DNA of 64,000 nucleotides from Trichoplax adhaerens (Eukaryota; Animalia; Placozoa). Shown here piece after piece: positions 54,301 to 64,000 of the stretch (its first letter is position 1; each line of letters opens with the position of its first letter). Both the position numbers and the translations under genes were made by a program. The stretch lies in the NCBI RefSeq assembly GCF_000150275.1, contig NW_002060946.1:5413454-5477453 (forward strand), given 5' to 3'. The notes beneath the pieces are model-generated. The model did no database searches, was not told where the DNA came from, and worked only from the letters and a program-made list of their open reading frames with translations.

Positions 54301-55999
54301 CTCAATACAAGCTGTACAAAATTATCCTGCTGCTGTTGTCATGGAATTTTTATCAAAAGTATTACTAACTGGCAAAACATATTCCAAATTCACTGCGGGA
54401 TGTCGCAAAGTCTCCGAAGATCTTGTTAAGGTAAAGATTTCTGCTGGCGTAAATAGAGGCTTGTTTTATTGATTTGTAGTTTATCCATAGGACGTCAATG
54501 CGGTTTATAGGGATACAACAGTAGAATACGTGAAGCCTGTGGTTCAAAAGGATGGAAGTGTCAATGAAGTGGCCGTAAAAATAAAGGGTCAACCACGTCG
54601 AATTTACGATCATGTTATCTTATCTACTCAGGCTAATCAGGCTTTGAAAATCTTAGTTGATGCAACTGATGATCAGAAAGAGGTTTTGTCGGGCTTTGAG
54701 TACGAGTATAATGAATGTATAGTACATACGGATTCTGTAAGTATGCTATGAATGATGGGGACTTAATTTTCAGCACTTATGCTATTCGATCTTGAGTTCG
54801 ATGCATTTAATTTATTTCATAGCTTTGTTTGCAGTGCTTACAGAAAGATTAACGCTAGCTTTGATTATTGTTATATGACCTCAATGTTACGTTTACCATA
54901 CTGTATCATTCAAATAATTAGTTATCAAGTATATATCCGCTACTTTCGTAATTCACATAAGACTAAAAACGTTTGTATACGCGTTTTAAATTTGTACTTG
55001 CTGACGAGCTGAATTTGACTGATAAAGTAAGTTGTTGTAGCATAGCCTTTATCGAATAATAAATCATGACTAGTCGTTGTATATGAAATTGAACATGCTT
55101 CAAAATATGCGTAGATACTTGCAAACTTGATCGCAATTTTCTTTTGGTTCAATAGTGAAATGATGTATTTATCATGCTATTAATTCTTTTTTTAATTTTA
55201 ACAGTCGTTAATGCCTAAAGATAGGAAAGATTGGTCACCGTTGAGCATCTATATTAAGCCGGATAATTATCAAGAGGACGATGAAAAGAGTAAGCGAACG
55301 ACAATCATGTTTACTATGTGGCAGAATACGGTGCAAAAGTTTCATGATCACAATTTTACGCAAGACTCCGATGAAAAGACGATCGATTACGGCGATCTAT
55401 TCCAAACTTGGAATCCGTGGACTCAACCAGATCCAGCAACTATCGTGGTAATTTGGACTTTGAGACCAATACTCGTTGATTCATTGGTTAATTTGTAATA
55501 ACTGATTTTGATCAATGATCAATGTCTTTATCATAGCCTGGTGGACGAAAACAATTGGAAAGATCTACAGTAACGGTTCAAACGCCAAAATATTGGGAAA
55601 TGGTAAAAAAGATTCAGGGACAAAATAATATTTGGTAAGTTTGTTCAGTTTTACCCAATGTAATATTCGATATTTTAGCTTGTCGGGAGCAATGAAAACG
55701 TTGGTTTAAAGGATATGGAAATAGTATATAACATAGGAAACTAAATTTTACAATTGCAACTCAGGTTTTGTGGAGCGTACACTTTGCCTGGTGTCCCACT
55801 GCTTGAAAATGCTGTAAATAGTGGTTTAAATGTAGCTGAAAAATTGACCAACGAAGTTCGGCCATGGCGTTCTGGCGGTTATAATCCACAGATTCAACAA
55901 GTATCAGTCCCTTTCAAGCATAATTGTATCACTAACTTGCTGATGGCTCTGCTTATGTTGACTATCGCTTATCTTGTCGCTATTCGAATGTTAGAATAA
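51324..55999 (+). CDS. FAD-dependent oxidoreductase of the amine-oxidase superfamily, COG2907-like, with C-terminal transmembrane tail; ~10 exons
   Basis: Rossmann motif VAVIGSGLAGISAAWFL...VHLYE; VDVPARTFVAG|YYPEMVAL; VQEYLDQEGYSKEF...LLPLFGVVATCS...YPA; YDHVILSTQANQA; VHTDS|SLMPKDRKDW; FQTWNP; IQGQNNIW|FCGAYTLPGVPLLENAVNSGLNVA; hydrophobic ITNLLMALLMLTIAYLVAI before the stop. Confidence 0.88.
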
Positions 56000-57429
56000 C
56001 TTTACTCGTTAATTAAAATGTAGCTGAATGAAATTATACTGGCAATGAAGTATTTCGTGGTTAACGAAACTTTTTATTGATCCGAAATGGGTCAGAACTT
56101 GATCATTTTATAGTCATGGATAATTTAATTTGTGTTAGTATGGCTATCTTATAGTACCCAGTTACATTCTCTACCAGGGCTGCTTTGATGTGCTGGAAAC
56201 GGTGTTCAAATCTACAGTATGTACATACCCAATGTTATGACGTAATCAAGCATAATTCATTTTCTTCTTCATGATCATTTCAGTACTTGAAAGGACTATA
56301 ATTTGCTGTAAGCTGTAGTTGTGATACAATTGGTAATAAATTGATGTTATAGCAGCATTAAAATTCAGTTTGAAATGCAACTAAAATCTTGACATAAAAT
56401 GGAGACAACTTGAATCTACCTGGTGTTGTATTATGGTTGACTTTGCTCAGAATGTGCATACTGTTATACTGTATTGTAAACAGCGTTACCTAATAGGATT
56501 CAATTACCGAATACTTTTGAACTCAATTCACTCCCCTTTCAAGATACTACACTACGATATCATGTCAACGTGCACACTGGCCTCCCTTTAAACAGCAAGA
56601 GGGCATTGAATTCAATTTATTAGGAACTGTAGATGCCTTTTCGTTCTCTGCAATCAAGACGATCGAGTTATTCAGGGTATCTGCAGTATACTGCATAGTG
56701 ACGTCAGAATACACTAGTGTCTATTACGTCCTGTACTTTACAATGTACCGTATAGTATACTTTATGCAGCCGTGCTGAACCAGTGCCTGTTACGGTGCAG
56801 CACGGAAGTAAAGCACGACTAACCATTGACTTACTATCACTAAAAATATCTTGTTCTAGTTGTCGTTAGCAAATATCGATATTGGAATCGATCATTGTCC
56901 GTTCTTACTAGATGATTAACATCAACATGAATTGAATTTTTGGATCGTCACCCCAGTGAGCAACTGGTCGTAAAATGCAGAACAATTACTCACTTTTCTT
57001 TACTGTTAGTAATGTAATCCCTGCTCCTATGCGTACGGCCAATCCATAGCAAGCTTTCAATACAAGCACCGTCAACGGTGGTGCAACAGTACTGTACGTA
57101 AAATACAGAATACGATTAGCCAGGGTATTATACAGTACGTTAGGTTTCTATCTACAGTAATATAAAAAAGAGACTTGATTACTGTTGTATCCTCATTGAA
57201 AGAGATATACTATACAGGACAGGGCTGCTAATCGGTCTTCATTCATGATTAATTCAAGTTCATGCTCCTTTTACACTATGTTCATAGATTGACTGGCGTC
57301 GATAGACAATGTCAATATCATAATACAATCAATCCAAGTAATGTAGTTTGTGTAAGTGGGCTACTATACTGTTCAATGCTAATGATGAAATGCAATAAAA
57401 TGGCTGAGATTCGATTACGTAAGAACGAT

Positions 57430-57965
57430 CTACAGTACAGTAGGTCTGACCAACGCTAAAAATAGAGTACCGTAGACTACAGTACTATATACTGTGCATT
57501 ACAGTACAGTATACTGTACTATACTGTCGAGCATACGGTACACTACTGTCGAGAGACATCTTTGCGGTACTTTATTCTGTACTGACAACGTTGAACGTCC
57601 CCTTTGAAAGGTAACTTGGAGACAAAACACGGTTGTACTACTGTACCGTACTGTACACTGCACAATGGTGCTTGACATACAGTACAGTACAGTACAGTAC
57701 TGTACAGTACTGTACACTGTACAGTACATGTACTGTACAGTATTATACTGTACCGTACTCTGTACTCTACTGGACTCTACCATACTGTAGACTTGGTCCG
57801 GCCTTCTATCTGTACCGTATAACATCCATCCTTCTAGCGCGCTGGCAGCTTTTACTGTATGTATAGTACTGCGGTTGTTACGGCACAACATTGGCTTGAA
57901 AACGTTGAACAGGAGGAATCTGTTTGTGAAGAAAATTGTTTTCAACTAGCTGCATTCAACAAGGT
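57430..57965 (+). promoter_or_regulatory. Largest CAGTA/TACTG array; putative promoter plus non-coding first exon of the WWP/ITCH gene
   Basis: tacagtacagtacagtacagtactgtacagtactgtacactgtacagtacatgtactgtacagt at ~57677-57741; consensus donor AAG|GTAAGC at 57963/57964. Confidence 0.6.
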
Positions 57966-60900
57966 AAGCAACATAAATATTCCTGTATTCCATTCTTTTA
58001 AAATAATCATCAATCATACAACCTACATTTTATAATGTTCCATTCAAAATTATCCTTGTCTTTCCACACTCAATGTTATCGGGTAAGTCGATCATTTTCA
58101 TTGCCATTTCTCATTTCTCCTACACCGTTCTTGATGATGGCTAAAACTACAGTCATCAACTCGTAAAACACCGTGGCACAGTACGGCTCAATCATTGGTA
58201 CACTAGGATTGTTGATGTACTGTATGGTCTGTAGTATCGTACTCTAGTCTACTCGACTTGCTATACTGTACAGTCTACAGGAGACGCAGTGGATGATGTT
58301 CATAGGAGCCGAATATATCAATGGCCAACTGTTAGTGTACTATAAGAACACCGTCGGCTGATTCAGTGACACACATCGGAATGGCGTACTTCTTACGGCT
58401 AATTTGAACCTAGAATAGAATATAATGTAATCGTCAAATGGATGATATCAATCAAGGCTTGATATCTTTCGTATTCTTGCACGCTCATCAATCTTTATGA
58501 CGACTATCATGTCTTCATTATACTGTATTCAGAATAGAAAGAAAGAAAGAAAGAAAAACTACAAACGATGGTTCGTGCAATCTTTCAATGAGAATCCCAT
58601 GAGTAAAGCCAACCCATATTCGACTGTAGAATATACAGTACTGTATATACACTCATTCTCAAGGATACCTACTGTATTGTACTATGTATCATAGCAAAGA
58701 CGGAGGGTAGAAACACTCCAAAGTAATGTTTCATTTAGAAGAGTTTTTTCGACAGCGCAATAGTCATTCCTGATGGAAATTCTAGTCCATATTTTCTATG
58801 CCTTTACTCGATGATATCTTTCTTACGCCACAAAAAAAAAAAAAAACACTCCAATTTTGACTGCCTTATCGATAAATTCTATTCTTATATACATGCTCGT
58901 CAATATTAAGGTAGTTCTAGTACTACACATGGGTCGATGTTGGTTTACATATATTGTAAATAGATGACTGTACGCGTATGTACAGTAGAGTTAAGAGATT
59001 TACCGTTGTGTCAAAGGGAAGGTATCGCAAATTCGCAACGAAATTGGAAAGCCCTTCTGTCACTCTCTAGTTCACATCGACTGACATATTTATTATTAGA
59101 ATGCCCGATATTCCATATCCATACGACTATAATATATACTTTACGTACGTATAATGATCAAGGACTTCCAGTACTGTATTATTGATGAAATTTTTCTACC
59201 AGTTATCATTCTCAACAAGTCAACTGCAACTTTCTCGCTTTCCTCTAAACATGGAAACGTCATTTCTGTCTCCCCTTAGCCCTTTCTTAGTAACACTAAC
59301 TGATACACAGTACTGTATGTAGAAATTTTCCGTCATGAATTGAACGACGAGTCTCAATATCCACATGGAAATACTTCATGTTTTATAACTGAGATTCGAT
59401 GAAAAAATTTAAAGAATTATTTTTACTGTCAATTCAACATAGTTATACCGTTGTCTATCATTACATGGACAGAATGGATCAATTAAACCATTTTACTACA
59501 CACTGATAAATATTTAGACTATTTTATCATTGGTTTATTTTCATGATTTACACGCGCAATTTTTCAACGGTCATGTTTCAATGTACTTCATAAAATGCTT
59601 GACGCATACAATGTTGAAGGTTGAGCCTACGGATTTGCTACAACAAAACTGTACTGTATTTTCTTCTTTTTCCTTGGCAATCATGTGATATCGAAATGTC
59701 AAGGCATGGAATTTGTAAATTGAAATGAAATCACTCATCCTATTATACAGGCTTGCGAAAGATGGCCATGGAGGGTTGAAATTTTTGATGGGAATTAATA
59801 ATTGATTAAATTGGATGAAATATGTTTTTGTTGTATACTTTTCTCAAGGCCATTTTAATAACTTGCTTCTTGACGCGATTACATGATAGCCTGATTGGGC
59901 GTGCTTTGTATGAGACACACTATCACCGCCATTCTGAGGTGCAATCAGACTTTGGACGTGCGGACCACTGCCATCTAAAAATTGTCGTTTCCGTCAAATC
60001 CTGACTTGTATTGTACAAGTGTACTGTACACTGTACCATACAGTACAGCACAGGACGGTCAAGGTCTTGTTGAAAGATCTTCTTGGTATAGTACTGTAGT
60101 AGAAAGCAAATTCGGGACTCGATCGATTAGATTACGTCATATGCAATCATACGGGCGCCGCTACGGTGTGATTGCTATAATATAGTAGAGTGGTCACTAT
60201 ACCATGGTGCTTTTCAATTTTTATCAAATTTCACAAGCTGAAGATATCACTAGCAATTCCAAAACTGTCCTATGACTAGGACTACGATTGATTATACTGT
60301 AGATATGCGTACGTCAGCTTATTGGTATACAATAACAACCGGTAGAATGTAAAAAGGATGCTTTTGGTCACGTAGGGTATTGCGAACTTTGAACTAGATG
60401 CATGATGATAACCTCTTCTTATACCATGCCAGTCAAATCCAATCAGTTTCGTAGTCATGAGGTGTGATGGGGGTAAGCGGGGACCGTAAGTAAATAATGA
60501 TCACCTGATGGTGTATGCTATACTAATCCCTTTGAAATGCTCAAGTAGCTTCATATGTTGAAATTATAATCATCATTTGCAACTGTGAATACGATACTCT
60601 GAAATGACTTGATACAACTCATTTATACTGGAGTAAATACTATACAGTACTCTAACAATATCCGAGAATTAATTGATCGACTGCCTGAGCATGAAATGAA
60701 CTCCAACACTTCATCACACCACATTGATATTATTTTAACATCTTAATTCTTCAACTGATTGACGTATATTGTAGTTTAATGGATTCCAGTTCTTGATGAT
60801 AGTTTTGCTAATCGAACAATCATCACTTAGCTATGATTATTGTAGTGGTTACCTGTATATTCCATGAAATAGACAGTGCTGTACAATGTACATGTAAATT

Positions 60901-61179
60901 TGAAATTGACCTTACGTGAATCTTCTTCCCGGACTCTTGAACATAGTCTACTCTTGGATATGTGATAATTCTAATGTTCTATGCATGTAAATGGAATAGA
61001 TGATGATAAATGCCTTCAGAAAACAATCTGTTAACATTAAGTCTACTTTCTTCATTTAGAAAGTGTGAAACGACCGTGACGTCAACTTATGTAGAACTAT
61101 ATATTATGGTAATGTGCTGAAATTTTCGACACTCTCTACGTACGTACGTCATATTGAAGTTGATATCAAAAAATAAAAT

Positions 61180-64000
<2,821 letters not shown>

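Overview
AT-rich (roughly 30-33% GC by eye), intron-rich animal genomic DNA with many short (60-150 nt) GT-AG introns. The style suggests an early-branching metazoan, probably a placozoan such as Trichoplax; this is inference and cannot be proven from the window. The first ~27 kb is gene-poor. It holds three tandem minus-strand genes with intronless CDSs, each encoding a ~180-195 aa ankyrin-repeat protein ending in a CaaM prenylation motif, plus solo-LTR-like relics (one with a perfect 5-bp TSD) and a minisatellite. The rest is gene-dense: NDUFV2 (+); URI1 (-) head-to-head with MRPL3 (+); an unnamed (EF-hand/WW-like)x2 + coiled-coil + CAP-Gly gene (-); a COG2907-like FAD-dependent oxidoreductase with a C-terminal membrane anchor (+); and the 5' part of a WWP/ITCH-type NEDD4-family E3 ligase (+, truncated). 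Dense (CAGTA/TACTG)n arrays lie upstream of each of these multi-exon genes but not upstream of the ankyrin genes. All gene models were spliced by hand, so exon edges may be off by a few bases.
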